From the NCBI GenBank assembly GCA_964187785.1, contig OZ076409.1, positions 80,168,001-80,232,000 on the forward strand: DNA of 64,000 bases. The letters run 5' to 3'. Both the position numbers and the translations under genes were made by a program. Source of the DNA: Amphiscolops sp. MND2022 (lineage: Eukaryota). The notes beneath the pieces are model-generated. The model did no database searches. It saw only the letters and a program-made list of their open reading frames with translations, and was not told where the DNA came from. Shown in pieces: positions 1 through 13,732 of this stretch (position 1 is the stretch's first letter; every line of letters begins with the position of its first letter).

Positions 1-199
1 ACCACGCCGTTGCTGCATTCTTCTGTTGCTGCATTCTCAGGCACCATGCATTCAGATGCCATGTGGCCCGTGCGACCAAAATTGATGCAGAATGCCGTTA
101 TTGCTTCCTCTGGTAGTGCCACAGGCACAATGTCATTGTTCATGCCACGAGGGTTTGATGGACAAGTCCATTCACCGGCTACACTCGTACGACACGAGT

Positions 200-2527
200 T
201 AACTGCTTGTTGTACCGTTTTCCGTGCTCGGTCTTTCGAAGGGCAATCTATCACAAAGTTTGTTGGGTCATCACAATTGAAACATGACCGCTGAGGTTGC
301 TGTCTGTAAGCCGCAGGCTGCTGTGGAGGTTGCTCAACGTTAGGCGTTTGGGGTGCCGCTGCCAGTATCGGGTTTTGTTGACCTGCAAGTACAGGTTGTT
401 GCTGCTGCTGGTGTGCTGGACAACTGTCGGGGCGGGGAGGGCCACGCATACGCTAGTATGTTTGTACCGTGAATGCTAGTACTTCCATTGTTGGTGGTGT
501 ATCCACGTATTGCTCTTGTGCGTACTTGACTGCGAGATTTTGCTTCAATTCAAAGCTGCGTACCCTTTCGATGAATCTCTGCATGATTTCGTGGCGCCTC
601 ATTGTAATGTTCCCGTTAGGAAAACCTTGGCTGCGCAAACCCTCAAGTGAGTCAAGGTATTGCATAAAATCTTAATCGTTGGACTTATTGCGTGCACGGA
701 ACTGCTGTTGTATTTGGATCTTGGTAGATCCCGTGCCAAATCGCCGCGCTAGTATCGCGAAGACTTTCTCGTCCGTGTCGCGCTCATCCTCGGATTTGTT
801 CGTAATATAGTCTCGTGCCTCGTTCTCTAGGAAATAAACGATAGTCCATGCTCTGTAAAATGGAATATCTTTTGCGTGTGCTTTCTCCAGATAGCGTTTC
901 AAGAGCATTAGCCAACTAACTACTTTCCCATCGCGCGTACCGCGGTCTTTGGTTGGTTTATTTTTGGTTTTTTTTTGCCGCTAACAGCGGTTCCAAACCT
1001 TTGGACATCGCGGTGGATAATGCTTCAGCTAATGCTTGACTGTGTATCGCGTTCGCAACGTTGTCTTTTGCACTTCCGTCTACTGTCTCTAGATTTAGGT
1101 TCCTTTTCGAGATGGTTTTTCTTTGCGTACTGGGGGCCAACGGTCTCAATTGATCGTTGCTGGAGGAAAGCGCTCGGTGTTTGGTCCCGAGGTTTAACGA
1201 GACCGCATTTTGATACTCAGCGTCGCCCTTTGATGTCCTCGTGTCCCTGGTCATAAAGCCACTGGCCGCCGAGTAGTGTTCTCCAGTCGTCGAGGCACCT
1301 CAAGCATAGGGATCGAATGAAGGAGGGTCGGATATTTCACAGCTTGGCAACGCGATGTGATTAGCTGTCGTGTCTTGAGCTTTCACAGGCATCTTCTTGT
1401 ACGTTGCTAGTGGTTGCACCTTTGGCTGTTTCTTTTGGTCAGGTTTTGTCCCTCTCTGGTGTTGCTTTATTTCTTTATTTGTGGGTTGCTGAGGTGGAGA
1501 TGCGCTTGTTAATGATACCTTCGCAGGGTTTAGTGTCACCGGCACAGGTGAAGGACAACTTAGTGCCGTCGCCACTATAGATTTTATCCCTAGGGTTAAG
1601 TCTTGAACTGTAGTAATGAGGTCCACCATGCAATTGTCGACATCTCTGTCTCTGCGATGCATCGTTTCTGGTATGAAATTCACACGGTCGTCAGCTTGTC
1701 GATCCCTCTGCGCCATTAACGCTGTCATTTTCGACGTGCTCTCTTCAGTTGGACCCTTGATTGATGCCATTGACGTTTCTAGCTTGCCCTGAGTGATGCG
1801 CCCTTCCATTTCTATCTCACTCAATTCTCTTTTCAGCTCTTCCACTTCCTTACTGAGGCCTCAGCTCGCTGAGCATGGTCATTATTCTCTTGAGCTAGCT
1901 TTGTCTGGATCTGTTCCAACTGCGCCATGTTCCACCCAAAGTCTTGCCTTATGTCTTCAGTTTCCTTTATGCCTCTTGTAATGGTAGAATTTCGAGACGC
2001 TACGCCTTCTGAGGCAAAATATTGGGAGGTTGCAGTGCGTTCTAACCGCAGCGAGCTGGGACCTAGCAATGGTGGTGTGGTGAAGGTATAGTTCCGGAGG
2101 TTCATCTCTTTTCTCGTTTTCTGCATTCTCAATAGTTTCCTGAAAGAGCAAGTACGGTATCAGCAAGTGTATTTCTACTAGCACTAAACACTGGAGCTCG
2201 GAACCCAGCGGGTCCCCTCCTACGCTCACTTGTGACGTAATCTCTCCTAGAGTCATACCTGTATTCACTTTCTCTACCCATTTGCTGATGTCCGAGCTGG
2301 TAGCTTGTTCTCTATTGGAGTTTGGCCAGTCCCCCAAAACAATCACTGAGGTTTTCAGAGTAGGCCACACGCTGTCACGGTTCCTGGGAGTGCCACTGGC
2401 CAGGTCAGCACTATAAGAAGATGCCCTAGAGGATTTTGGTTGGCTGGAATGCGCGATTCGCAAGCTTTGCTCAGCGTTAGATACGTAATCCGAAATGACG
2501 TCGTCTCAAAACAAATTCGCGACCATG
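200..2527 (-). pseudogene. gag: Frameshifted gag of element C
   Basis: Chain of minus-strand ORF fragments with a coiled-coil, a capsid-like segment (LARRFGTGSTKIQIQQQFRARN...YLDSLEGLRSQGFP) and a degenerate CCHC motif. Confidence 0.6.
1916..1927 (-). promoter_or_regulatory. Putative primer-binding site of element C (TGGCGCAGTTGG, tRNA-Ser-like)
   Basis: TGG immediately after the LTR-like CA end; resembles the complement of tRNA-Ser 3' ends. Confidence 0.45.
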
Positions 2528-3206
2528 TCATCTATTGCTGTTTCGGCACGTGTACTAAACCTGTGCAATTCCTCTACTTCGCTCGCGAATTGATTGGTGG
2601 CATGAAGCCATTGGATTCCAAAAAACACTCATTCAAAGGTATCATACTTTCGCACTCACTCAAACTCATTGATTATCATTCAGTCTAGTTTCTACTTTAG
2701 CTTTTCTCGTAGCTCACTCACTCCTTCCTTTCAGAAAATTGAAGTTAAAGACAACTAAATGGAATTCTTGGTATTACTCCCTCTAATGCTCAAACTAAAC
2801 TATTGCACTACTACGTTGTGAAGCTTGCAATTCGCGGTTACTTTCTAGGTTCTAAGTCAAAAATAGCTAATCCACAAACTAGAGACTCTAGATTACATGC
2901 ACTGGTGCTAACCACCGCTAATCAAAACATAAAAGTTTGCTTGCCCACTAATCGGAGAGAGTGATTCTACGAAAATGAAAATTAGTTCTTTCATTACTAT
3001 TACGTAAGGCTTGTTAAAGTTAACTCACACTAATCTACGTTTTCTCCAGCCACAGGCTATGCGGTTGGAGCGTACAGAAAGGTTTTGGCACGCTAAAAGA
3101 GTTTTACGGTGATTTGACAAAGAAATCACCACGCTTTACTCCCTAAACGTATGCTTTTTTTACTCGCACTGCTTTTCGGTTAGAGAGCGCAATTGGGGTT
3201 GCTACA
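1928..3206 (-). repeat. Putative 5' LTR of element C (about 1279 bp, TGT...ACA)
   Basis: TGT/ACA termini and an adjacent PBS-like TGGCGCAGTTGG. Boundaries are inferred because there is no partner LTR to confirm them. Confidence 0.45.
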
Positions 3207-6200
3207 AAAGGGGATACTGGGGAACAGACCTTCGGAGCGAGTAAGTTTTAGGACACTTGCGAACAAGAGAGTTTTACTATTCAGATCGTATCACGATCAA
3301 GGGAAACACCGTTCTTCACACTGGTAGATTTTACTATACTTGAGGTTTTGTTTCGAGATGCGGAGTCTCCTGGAGTACCCTTAAATATGTTTTGGCTCTT
3401 GCACGGCGCTTCCAGGACGGATAATGTGTGAACGCAACAATGCGTTCGCACTGAAGTGACCTTGGTGGCTGTTGAGAAAGAAAACACTGTTTTGTGTTTT
3501 TCGCTTCTACGTCTCATAGACAGTTTTTTAGTCAACCCAAGATCTTAGGGTTAATCTAGCTCAATTCAAAATGCTGCAGCAAGACGTGCTATGGGTGGCT
3601 AGTTTAGTATCAGGTTCGTTTGAGCCCTCACTTGCGACTATACCTCCAAAAACTGTGTGACTTTTCACAAAAATTCAAAAAATCGGCAGTTTCTTTGCCA
3701 AGATGCACGTCTGGGAAAAATGAAAATCTTTTCTAGAGCTTTTAGCGATATAACAATTTTATACTACAGTGGCCAAATTATGGGAAAATTTTCACCGAAT
3801 GAGCTAAAATTGATTACAGCTGACTCGGCGTCGCTCAACAATGTTGTTAGAAATCCTGACTTTGTTGTGAAATTCACACAAGTCAGTCAAACTCGCCTTC
3901 TAGGCTTCCTAGCTACCTGAACTTTTGTTTGCGAGCGTGAAATATGCCCACATAATCGAAAAACAATGTAGCGGGGTGCCCAGGTCAATATTCTGCAATC
4001 CGAGTTGACAAAACTATGATATACTCGATATGTCACTTTTTCGTGTCTAAATTCACAAAAAGATCAATTTCTCCAAATTGCGCAATACCAAGCTGCTAAA
4101 AAAAACACAAATCGTCGGGATCTAGTTCTGGGTGTACAAAAATGGAAGAATTTTAGTGCTGGGATACTTCCAAGGTATTGCACTAATCTCAACTAAAATT
4201 CGTTTTTTTTTCGACAATTTCGTACAATTTTTGAGCAGAACTACGGCTAAGATTTCTCAATCACTAGTAATGCTAGCGCTACGAACTTTACACCACTAAC
4301 GTAACTTTTTGTGTTCTACACGATGAAGGAATCTGTTTTAGGTTGCTTTTACTAGGAGAGATTTTGACTTGTTTCAGGAACACTACTCCAGTGTACCAAT
4401 ATTGTCACTGAAATAACACGTTTTTGGCTGTTTCTCAATTTCTCAGCAACTACTGGTTGGAATCACTTGCAGTGTCCTGCATTTGCCGCGCTGTACTCTA
4501 TACTAACAGAAAAAAGGCAAGCGAAACCTGGCAGGTTCCAAATGAGGTCTTTAAAAAATTTTCAACTTACACCTTTTACACTTTGGGAACAATGCGCAAA
4601 ATACGTTACTTCCCCTACAAATATTTTATTTCCAGGTTCCCAGATGTTCGGGATACGGGATAGTTCTAACAGTAACTTAGGAAGGTTTATTAACTTTATT
4701 AAAGGGACAGGGTTGTTTCAAATTTTAGTTTTGATATTATAACTCAGGTCTATGGCGTCCTCCACTCAGGCCTATGTATATCAAAGAAAATCAAGGTTTA
4801 AAGTTTCAATTCATGTTGGGGGATGCTAAAAACGTCTTGGCAGTAGTGTTTCGTACTACCAAGTTTATGAACAAAGTTTTTGTGCTGATCTAAAAGCATG
4901 GGAATAAACGCCCAAGGCTTCGTCCTCACCAAATTTGGTCTTTTCAGCCAAATTTGATGTTTTTTCAACAAAAATCGCTAAATATTTTAATGATTCAACA
5001 ATTTAGCCAAACAAAAATTGTGTTCTCGACCTAACAAGTCTGATAGAACGTTTTTATGTATTCCCACTGGCCGTACTCTCTTCTGAAAGTATTTGGCTTT
5101 TGAAAGTAACCAAGTCGAAACTCGATCTATATCAGGTGTTATAGATAGCTCGCTATAGTTTTCCAGAAAACAATGGGAATACCCAGTGGGTAATTTTCTC
5201 AGTTCGTACTAATGAGGGTATGCCTGGGAATGTGCTTTAAAAGCCACAAAATGAAAGGGGACAAAGTAATCCAGACGATTTGCAATGATCCAACAGTGGT
5301 GAGAAGGGATGTTGCCGTGAAGGACGTCACTTCGTCGTCACAGCTAGTAGAGGCATTCACACTACGTCACTGCAGTTCTCATACCTTGCAATGGAACTGA
5401 AATGAGGCTACAGAACCCTTTAAAACAGAATCTGGTTGAGCCGGGTGATTAATTTCAACAAGCAGAAACGGTATCTAAACGGTACTTTCGTATAAATCGG
5501 TTATTTCCCATTTCAGATCTCGGAAACAAACACAAAACGAAAGACAAACACTAGTACAAAACCTGTAGGGCTAGAAAATAGCAAGAAAACAATCTAGGAC
5601 TCTCCAGAAAGTTTTTCTAGATCCGGACCTAACAGGACCGGAATGCAGGAAAACTCCTATTATGACGAAAATATGGAAAAAGGTCCCTTGTGGGGCGCCA
5701 TAAAGACCATTAAAGACTATCCTAGATGGAACGTCAAGCTAACAGCTACATTCTAACAGTGGGACAATGTCTAGATTGCTTCAACATGAGACCAGTGTTT
5801 TACAAGAACCTAAACACTAGCTTTTTGTCCCGGAAAGGTCTCAGTAGGGACTTTAAATTTGTCTAAGGAGACTCCTCATATTAGAGCTCCTTGGCAACTT
5901 GCCGGAACATTCAAAGCCCGAACACATCCCAGAAGCAGGTAGGAACGTTCCTGAAGGTTCCTGCAGTTTACATACCTCTGAGATCCAAAAACAGGTGTTT
6001 AGCAAAGATACTATTATTCTATTAGATGAATAACGTTTGAAATTAGGACCTGCAAGGTTTGGCATAAATAAGCGCCGGGAAAACTGCAAAAACACTGAAA
6101 AACAACACTGAAAAGGCATTCAAAACAGTTCTCAGCGAGTTCTGAGTATTGGGTACAATTCATACAAAAATTGTACTTTCTTCTTCATTCTTCTGTTCTG

Positions 6201-6449
6201 CTGTTTTTGGGTCAGATGGCACACAACTGGGATGTTGGCTCGTCTCAGTTTCTGGACGTCTTCGGGTGTCTAATTATACAGGTTTATCGGTGTTCGAGGC
6301 AGAGATTGGGGGTGTGGGGTGTCTTTTTCCTCTTTTTGGTTCTCCTTTTTGATTTCAACGACCTGCCATGTCGGCCAATTGCCCCGCACATTTTTGGTAC
6401 TTTCTTCGAAATTTGGTGTTGACTGGTAGACGTAACATTAGAAATTCGA

Positions 6450-6790
6450 CGATATTGACGCAAGACCTTTCAATGCTTGCTTGAGTCTCGTGGACTGTAC
6501 CGATATAATCGCAAATGCCCCGAAAGCGTTACCATGATTCCTTGGGAAATAGAAAAACAGCTGGTGTGGGATGTCATAGTTGTGGATGCTCTGGCACCCA
6601 GTCGCCTGCTACATGGCTCCCTATGCAACCCTGAAAACACCGAGGTTGAGGCTCGTAAAAGAAAGCAAAGAAACTTTCATCACACATCAGCTCTAAATGG
6701 CTCTTCAGATCAGCAGTGTGGCATGTGTTCTTGGAACTGTGAGCAGCAGCGATGCGTTTGAAGAAATTATTACAGATAGTTCGTTTTCAA
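6450..6790 (+). pseudogene. 3' fragment of a restriction-like-endonuclease (CRE-type) non-LTR retrotransposon
   Basis: ESRGLYRYNRKCPESVTMIPWEIEKQLVWDVIVVDALAPS resembles the EPxGLxRxDGKRPDGxTxxPWxxGKxLxWDVTVxDxLA motif. A second frame gives LQISSVACVLGTV, matching the QxGNAACVLGT terminus. Confidence 0.65.
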
Positions 6791-7179
6791 ACCTATATCA
6801 CAGCCTAATTATTGTGATAAACTTAATAAATAGCTTATGCAAGTGAATGCATTCATTTTTCAATGAGTCAATTCAGCTTCTCTGGTGTAGAGCTCGATCC
6901 TTTGGGTGTCCCTTGCAAAAGGGTTATTCCGAAACCAGATCCTCAATTTTCAATCTGGATCCTCATCTATCAATTTAACTCTGTCACCCGCAAGAATTCA
7001 AAACACTTCCAGCCCCTTTCAAAAAATCGAAAGTGTTAAATGGTATTACACATTGAAAAGGGTGGTTTCGCAGGTGCCTTTTTAGGTTCCATAGAAATCA
7101 CCTTTCACTTTACCAGTGGTTTCACGCCAGTGAGCGCCGCAACCCTATTTACAAAACTCTCTACCCGGTAAATTCAAAC

Positions 7180-9330
7180 ATGGCTAAAGAAAAAAGAGCA
7201 AAATCGAAATTAGAAAATCATTCAGAATCGGTTCCTTGCAATATCTGCGAAAAGGAGGAGAAGTCACTGAAGACGTATGGTAAGACAGCCCTGAGAATTG
7301 GGCCCCAGCCAATTGTATCTTTCCTAGCTTCACAATCGGCAATTTGAAAAGTTCAAAATGAATCTATCGAAAGAATGACTGCATCTCGCACAAGAATGTG
7401 AAGAACACTTCCTCAGAGCTCAAAAGCAGTTTCGATGATCTGTCAAAATCACTAGCCCCCAGAATAGTTTTCATGCAGGAAAAACTGCTGAAGTTAGAAA
7501 ATACACCGAAAGCGAACGCCTCGTTCGCTGAACGGGTCGAACAAGCGCCCAATTCGTCTTGCGCGAATCAGCCCCGTCAACAAAACACATGGGACGCCAA
7601 AAACTCCTTTGTGAGCAGAATCAAAAATTTCAATGAGACACGAGACTCGAACAGCTTTATAACCGCCCCAGTCACTGCTTTACACAACTTAAATTACTGC
7701 ACACTATGAAAACAGCTGATGAGCGGATGATAGTATAGTAGAAACAGGGAATGGAAAAATTGCAAAGCAAACAATTCAAAAATGGCAAAAACCCTTTTGG
7801 AAGCTCAAAATGCAGTGAAACAAAAGCCAAGAAGCCTTTCAATTTCATCCTCAAACGCATACCGTTACACCAGACACGGGTGTTGCTGAACAAATTTACA
7901 GGAGGAAATTTCAAAACAAATCGTAGGAGGTATTGTAACCCGCGTAAAAAGACAAGACAATACCCTACTGAAACTGCTGAAAATACTACTCGAAAAAGAA
8001 GAACAAAAGGAATGAGCGTCCAATTCTGGAGTGTGCATTGGTCATCTCTAGATTCAGCCAGAGAGTGAATACCGCCCATCCAAGGTTGTACAATGATTCA
8101 AATGTCTCAAATGTTGGCATAACTCGACTAGCTGCAAATTGAGGCACGAACACTGTAGCATTTGTTGGCAAGAAGGCCATTATCACAAGAACTATACCAA
8201 CAGGGAAGACTGAATGTGTAAAAACTGTAACTGAAGGTACGCTGCAATTTCCAGGTGCTGCCCGGTCAAGCAAGAGAAATTAGAAGAACTCTGCTCTCAA
8301 AAACAATACCCGATGCCAAGCTGGTTGTCCAAACTCAAGCACAAACGATCGGAATGACAGACCACCATTTACCCTCAACACAAAACAAACCCTTAAAAGC
8401 GACGAAGGTCAACATAAATGGACTTTTATAACATTCCTGTGAAACCGTCCACCAATATATGTTAACCAATGGCGTACATATCTCTTGCGTCACCGAGACG
8501 AACAAACAAAAAACAGAAGTACCCAAATTTTTGGATATTTGACGATACCAAACAATTCATCTTCAAAACTTGGTCCATCAGGGGAGTTCATTTAGCTCTC
8601 GATGTCAACATCAAGCCGAACGTTTTCAATCTTAAAGCCGGAATCCAGCTTTCTACTTGGGCAATTTGTAACGCTTCGAGAAAAAGCATTCTAGTAGGGG
8701 GGATTTACTGCTGTCCAAATAGTATAGAAGAAAAAGATTAATATCTTAGAAATTAAAATAGCAAAAAAAATAGAAAAAGAAATAGGCGTGTTCATTTGAT
8801 TTTTCTGTAAACAACCTACCCAACTGAAAATTGAGATGCTCACAAACCAATACAATTTTTGAGACTTTCAATACCAAATATCAAGAACATCGTGGTGACT
8901 CTGTATCTGCAACCACGACCAGACGTCTACGCAATATATCTTAAGCTCCAGTTTTTACAATAACTTGAGAAAGAAGAACTAGTAAGACAAAGAAGCCATT
9001 GTGATATGATGAACCTGTTAGAAATCATCAACTAAAACTTCCCAAGATGTCTTTCAGTGGGTAAAAAATCTCAAAAGAGATACCAATTCAATAAAGAAGC
9101 AAAATATAGAAACCCTAAGTCGAAACTACTGAGAGAACATTTACATTTACTACATGAAGATCATGTCATGAACAACAAAGAAAATAAGTGCACGAATTGT
9201 GGGTATCAAATGGTTCCGAAAACAAAACTATTCTGCACTCTGACTTAACTGTAATATCATTCATCTCAATGACCGAGCGTCGACATTCATGAAGAGACAT
9301 TCAGAAGTTGTATTTTTCATCAAATCTTGA
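7180..9330 (+). mobile_element. Highly decayed LINE relic (ORF1-like and AP-endonuclease-like remnants)
   Basis: MAKEKRAKSK...PCNICEK start, coiled-coil ORF 7398-7709, and GV/LVGGIYCCPNS remnants (about 8580-8725) resembling the GGV and IYRPP endonuclease motifs. Many stops. Confidence 0.4.
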
Positions 9331-9399
9331 GAACGAGACGTCTGCTGTTGACTCACGCAGAAGCTTTTATGGAATGAACCCTTTCCCTTCTCATATTTT

Positions 9400-12300
9400 C
9401 CCTGGGTGGATGATCCACCTGGACATATTCACTATGATTGAAGATGTACTTGTTCGAAAGAATGTCAGCAAACACGCAATTTAGAATCAGCTGGATATAC
9501 AAAGCCAGAGAAAGCGGTTTGTATTTGTTCAGTATTTCCGAAAAAGACAACTTACAGCCAAAACATTAACGGAAACGAAAATTTTGAAATGTCTCCAATT
9601 TTCCAGGCCTCTGCATATCTGCATGCCAAACATGCAAACTACGAATGAGGATTGATAGGACAGTGTTCAAGTAAAGGTTGTTTTTGATACCCGTTGAAAA
9701 GTTGACTTCAGACAGAAGTGGGCTCTTCTTGCCTTGTTTGTTTTATAGTCGATATGACTTGTCTTTTTGATATCGGTTGTAACAATTAAGGCGGAATCTT
9801 TCTCCAAAAAATCATTCTGAATAAACTCAACACAAAGTCGAATTGAAACATCACCCGACAAAAAAAACAGACCTTCGGTCATTTCCACATTTGCTATCGA
9901 TCCGTTTGAAAGATTCTAGAGAGCAAGAATAACGATTTCATTTTCAAAATTGAGAAAACGAAAGAGCAGCTTCAAATCGTCTGCAAAAGGCCAGCGTATC
10001 GAGTCGAGGAATATGGCTGGTAATATTTTAATGAAGATTGCAGCATATTGGTCCGCTGCTGGAAAACAGCAGCGAACCCAAAGCAGATCCTTCATGGACA
10101 CAACTTATAGCAGGAAAGGTAAATGACAAGTAGCCTTTGAAATTTACAAGCTGATGTCTGTCCTTGACATTGAACTAAGAAGTTCCAGAAATTCATCATC
10201 AAATCGAAACCTGGAAAATTTTGGTGACAAAACGTTCAGGGGAATTTTTGGTATTGCTTTGACATACTCGGGAAATAGAAGTTATTGTTGTTCGGACTTA
10301 ATGAATTTGATAGTTTCAAAAAAATCAGGCTGCTGTAAGTCGGTAAGCACTCTTACGTGAGGAAATCCTACTTGACTTGAAAAGATTTGGTGTTTGACTT
10401 TCCTATGAAAAGAATTGAAGAGGTGTCTCTGAAATTCTATTGAGACTTTTGGTAGCAAGCCGAAAGGCCTACGGTTGACAATATCAAAATTCACTGGTTT
10501 GGAGGACGCTTGTTTCGAAACAAATGGAGTACATCATTGAACGTTCCAGCAAAGGAAAAATTGAAAGCATTGCTGATATCTTCTTTCCGAGTTAGATGTT
10601 CCGATTTGTGAAAAAGAATGCGGAAAGTTTGTACCATTTAGACAAATTAGAAGTTTGAACAAATCGTTCATTGAATTCGAAAGATAACCGTTTAGGAAGC
10701 GAACATTAACCAACTCAATCGATTGATCCAAATCCTGTGAGACGCTATCGAGTAAAAGAATGGTTGTTTTTGTAGGATTACGGGAGCATTTCTCACGCAT
10801 AGTTTCTTTTTGTTGATGACATTCATAGTATGCGATGATAATACCGAGAATATAGGAGGTGTCTTTTGCAAAAATTAGGAAAATTCATGTCAGTCGCAAT
10901 CGAGAAGAAGTCATAAAAGACGTTGGTAGAATTCTGAAGGACTGTCAAAGAAGGCAACGTTGTACCAGCAGTTCAGGAAAGAGTCAAATTTTCTCATACT
11001 GACAGTCTACAGAAACAGCCCAAGAAATAGAAACACGAATCTGGAAAGTAATCGCGAAATGGTTGCTCAAGGGAAAGTTTTGATGAGCTATAAAGCTGAT
11101 ATAAGAGAGTCATTGTTAATTAGCATATTATCAAAAGTTTTTCCATCTTCATGAAATCCCGGAGATTTTCGGAAGTAGACCTATTGATGTCTTGCAATCT
11201 AGATAGGTAATTTCTCTGAATGAATGACAAGTTATAGTATACCAATTTGTTACGAGGAAATCGGAAACACACGATATGCTAATACATGTTTCACTTGCGT
11301 TGTTTAGATGATTACAATAATAACTGATTACATTTTTTTACCTGAAGACAATAAATCAAGCAGAAACTGAGAGTGGATGAGTCTTTTTCATAGCAACTAC
11401 GATCGAGGTAGAAAAAACAGAATGAACAAGAATATTCCCATGTTAGGTAAGTGAACCTTTACACTAGCAAAGAAAGCATACATTGATGACAGAGGAAGGG
11501 ATTCAACAGGTAGATTTGCTCCATTTTTTCAGAAGAATGGTTACACCACCATGAGAACCATTGATACCATAATTTTAAAGAGAAAAAACATACTGACCAA
11601 AGAATGATAGTTTTCAAACATCAAAAGAAGAAATCAGAAATGCTTCTATTAAAAAGGACTTACTGCGATGAATGAAAAATTTTATAGTCCAATATTAAGC
11701 AAACTTTCTGAATTGACAAGGATTCATTCATATTGATAAATCAGTTGACATTCAAAAGGTAGCAATTGTTATCAATTTAATTTAGTCATTGACATTGATC
11801 TTGATCACTCTTCAAATTTTGAATAATGTCTGAAACAAATGCATTGTGATCAATTCTGGCTGCATTGTAAACGAGAGAGAGAGAGAGATATCTGAAGTGG
11901 TTTAGCTTTTTGTCAAAGCCCTGTCGAATAAGGTTATAACGAAGACCCAATCGTGGCTTCTGGATTTTGCGATCGTCCAGCACAGCTTGGGTTTTACGAC
12001 AACAGAAGCTCCCTTCAACAACTTTACATTCGCCATAACACACCGCTAGTTCAAACCATTTCGTGATTTAATTTCAATAGGTATTGTAAGTACGGTATCC
12101 ACATAGTTCAACGACAAATAAATTATGTTCTTGGTACTTTGCGTGTTTGTAAATTATGTGCTTCCTTCGAAAATGGGCTAATTTGAGTCAAATCAAAACT
12201 TTCTTCACTTCGAACTTCAATGCACTTCCCTTGTGCTTTGACTGCTCTTGGGCTTAAAATTTGTAGTTGTAAAACATTTTGGGCTGAAATTATCTCGCTT

Positions 12301-12400
12301 GTCGGCGTGAGTCTTGTTGACTGTTTTGACTCGAATGAACTTTTCGAAAAACTCATCGAGTTTATCAATTCCGAGTCAACCCTTATCAACGGCAAGGTGT
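9400..12400 (-). mobile_element. Decayed CR1/L2-group LINE
   Basis: Minus-strand RT remnants FADDLKL (about 9965-9990), a GVxxGSxxG-like segment (about 10070-10100), RRPFGLLPKVS (YRPISLL-like, about 10445-10475) and endonuclease HGGV (about 11540-11555). Multiple frameshifts. Confidence 0.65.
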
Positions 12401-12814
12401 TTAAATCTCGTCCTTAATCAAGTAATCATAGATCTTCGAAAAAAGCAGGATTAAATTTGATTCTGAGTTAAAAATTTCCTATTTGCAACCCGGTTCCAAA
12501 CAATATGGAGTTTCTTTCCAGCCTTCCGAAAAATAGATTGAACATTAGATAACATTTGAATGCGCTAACTAAACAATTTGCCAAATTTGATGAAACAGTC
12601 CAAAACCCGATCTTGAAGTTCTAGGTCGACGTCAGGTATAGAGTCATGGGCGTACCCTTTCTGAATAACATCAATCTTTATAGCGAAACAAATATTTCAA
12701 AGGCAAGAGATCTAAGACTGTAACATTTTCAAAAAAAAGAACATGCATAGCTAGCGTACAGTTGGTTCTTATCGCTGCAAAGATTACGTAATACGATTCA
12801 ACGCGTTCAAAACA

Positions 12815-13708
12815 ATGACTACACAAACGCTTCAAAAACTAAACTTGCTTGATCTTACTGATGGAAATTCTGTTCGATCTTTATTTCAAGAATTGATACA
12901 ACTTATTGATAATCAAAAAGACGAGATTACTAAATTACGAACTGATTATGATGAACTTAAAAACGAAAAGGACGAACTGGGAAAAAGAATAACGAAAATG
13001 GAACGATACTCTTCTTATATGTGTCTGACATTCCATGGTATTCGAGATGGTGGTGAGTACCCGGTACATAAAATTGTGGAAATCATCAGGTCAGTACATA
13101 TTCCAATCGAGCCTTGTGATATTGCAGCATGTCATTATCTTCCCGGTGATGGGAGAAACAAACCAATTATCGTTAAATTTCTTTACAATCATCAACGTGA
13201 TAAAGTTTGGGAACAACGTAATTCTTTTTTTGATCCCCAAACAAAGTCAAATATTTATGTCAACGAAAGGCTTGCTGAAAATGATCGCGACGTTTACAAC
13301 TACTGTAGAAAAGAAAAACACTTCATAACAGCTACTCACAAAAATCAAGTACGAGTCAAGGTTTCGGAACATGATAAAACATGGTACCCGGTGGACAGCC
13401 GTATACAAGCTGATGCTATTGGGAACAAAATGGTCTCCTCAAGCGAGCTCACTGAGTGGGGCATGGAAAAATAACCCACTAACGAAGTGAACATGGATGA
13501 AAAGAAAACACCGGCCAAACGAAATCGACACGTTGCATTTAATTCTCCCTCAAACGAGAAACAACCTGATCAGAGTGACAAGCTGGATAAATTATTCAAT
13601 CTCACTGAGAAACTTTTTACGTTACTGGTAGAGAAACAGTCGCCGCCATCAAAAAAAGCTGCAAACCAAGACGAACGCAATAAAGAATCTAATGGAAGCA
13701 GTGATTGA
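12815..13708 (+). pseudogene. LINE ORF1 (coiled-coil plus RRM-type), one in-frame stop at 13472-13474
   Basis: Coiled-coil followed by CLTFHGI...DIAACHYL...KPIIVKF...IYVNERL. ORF 13487-13708 is in the same frame. Confidence 0.8.
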
Positions 13709-13732
13709 GAATCCTGAAACAAAAATTCTGAA

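Larger units (their letters stand above)
1..3206 (-). mobile_element. Element C: 5' part of a decayed Ty3/Gypsy-like LTR retrotransposon, running off the left edge of the window
   Basis: Minus-strand gag-like fragments (ORFs 1957-2463, 1833-2132, 1300-1845, 958-1254, 672-908, 453-665) and a degenerate zinc knuckle CFNCDDPTNFVIDC near 245-285. The putative LTR starts TGTAGCAACCCC at 3206 and ends GGAACA at 1928, directly followed by a TGG primer-binding site. The second LTR is not in the window. Confidence 0.6.

Noticed and set aside
3207..6440. Short ORFs between element C and the CRE-like fragment
   Set aside because: No motifs recognised; probably decayed repeats.
12739..12743. GAACA as a LINE TSD (also at 36142-36146)
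   Set aside because: Too short, and the LINE 5' end is not defined.
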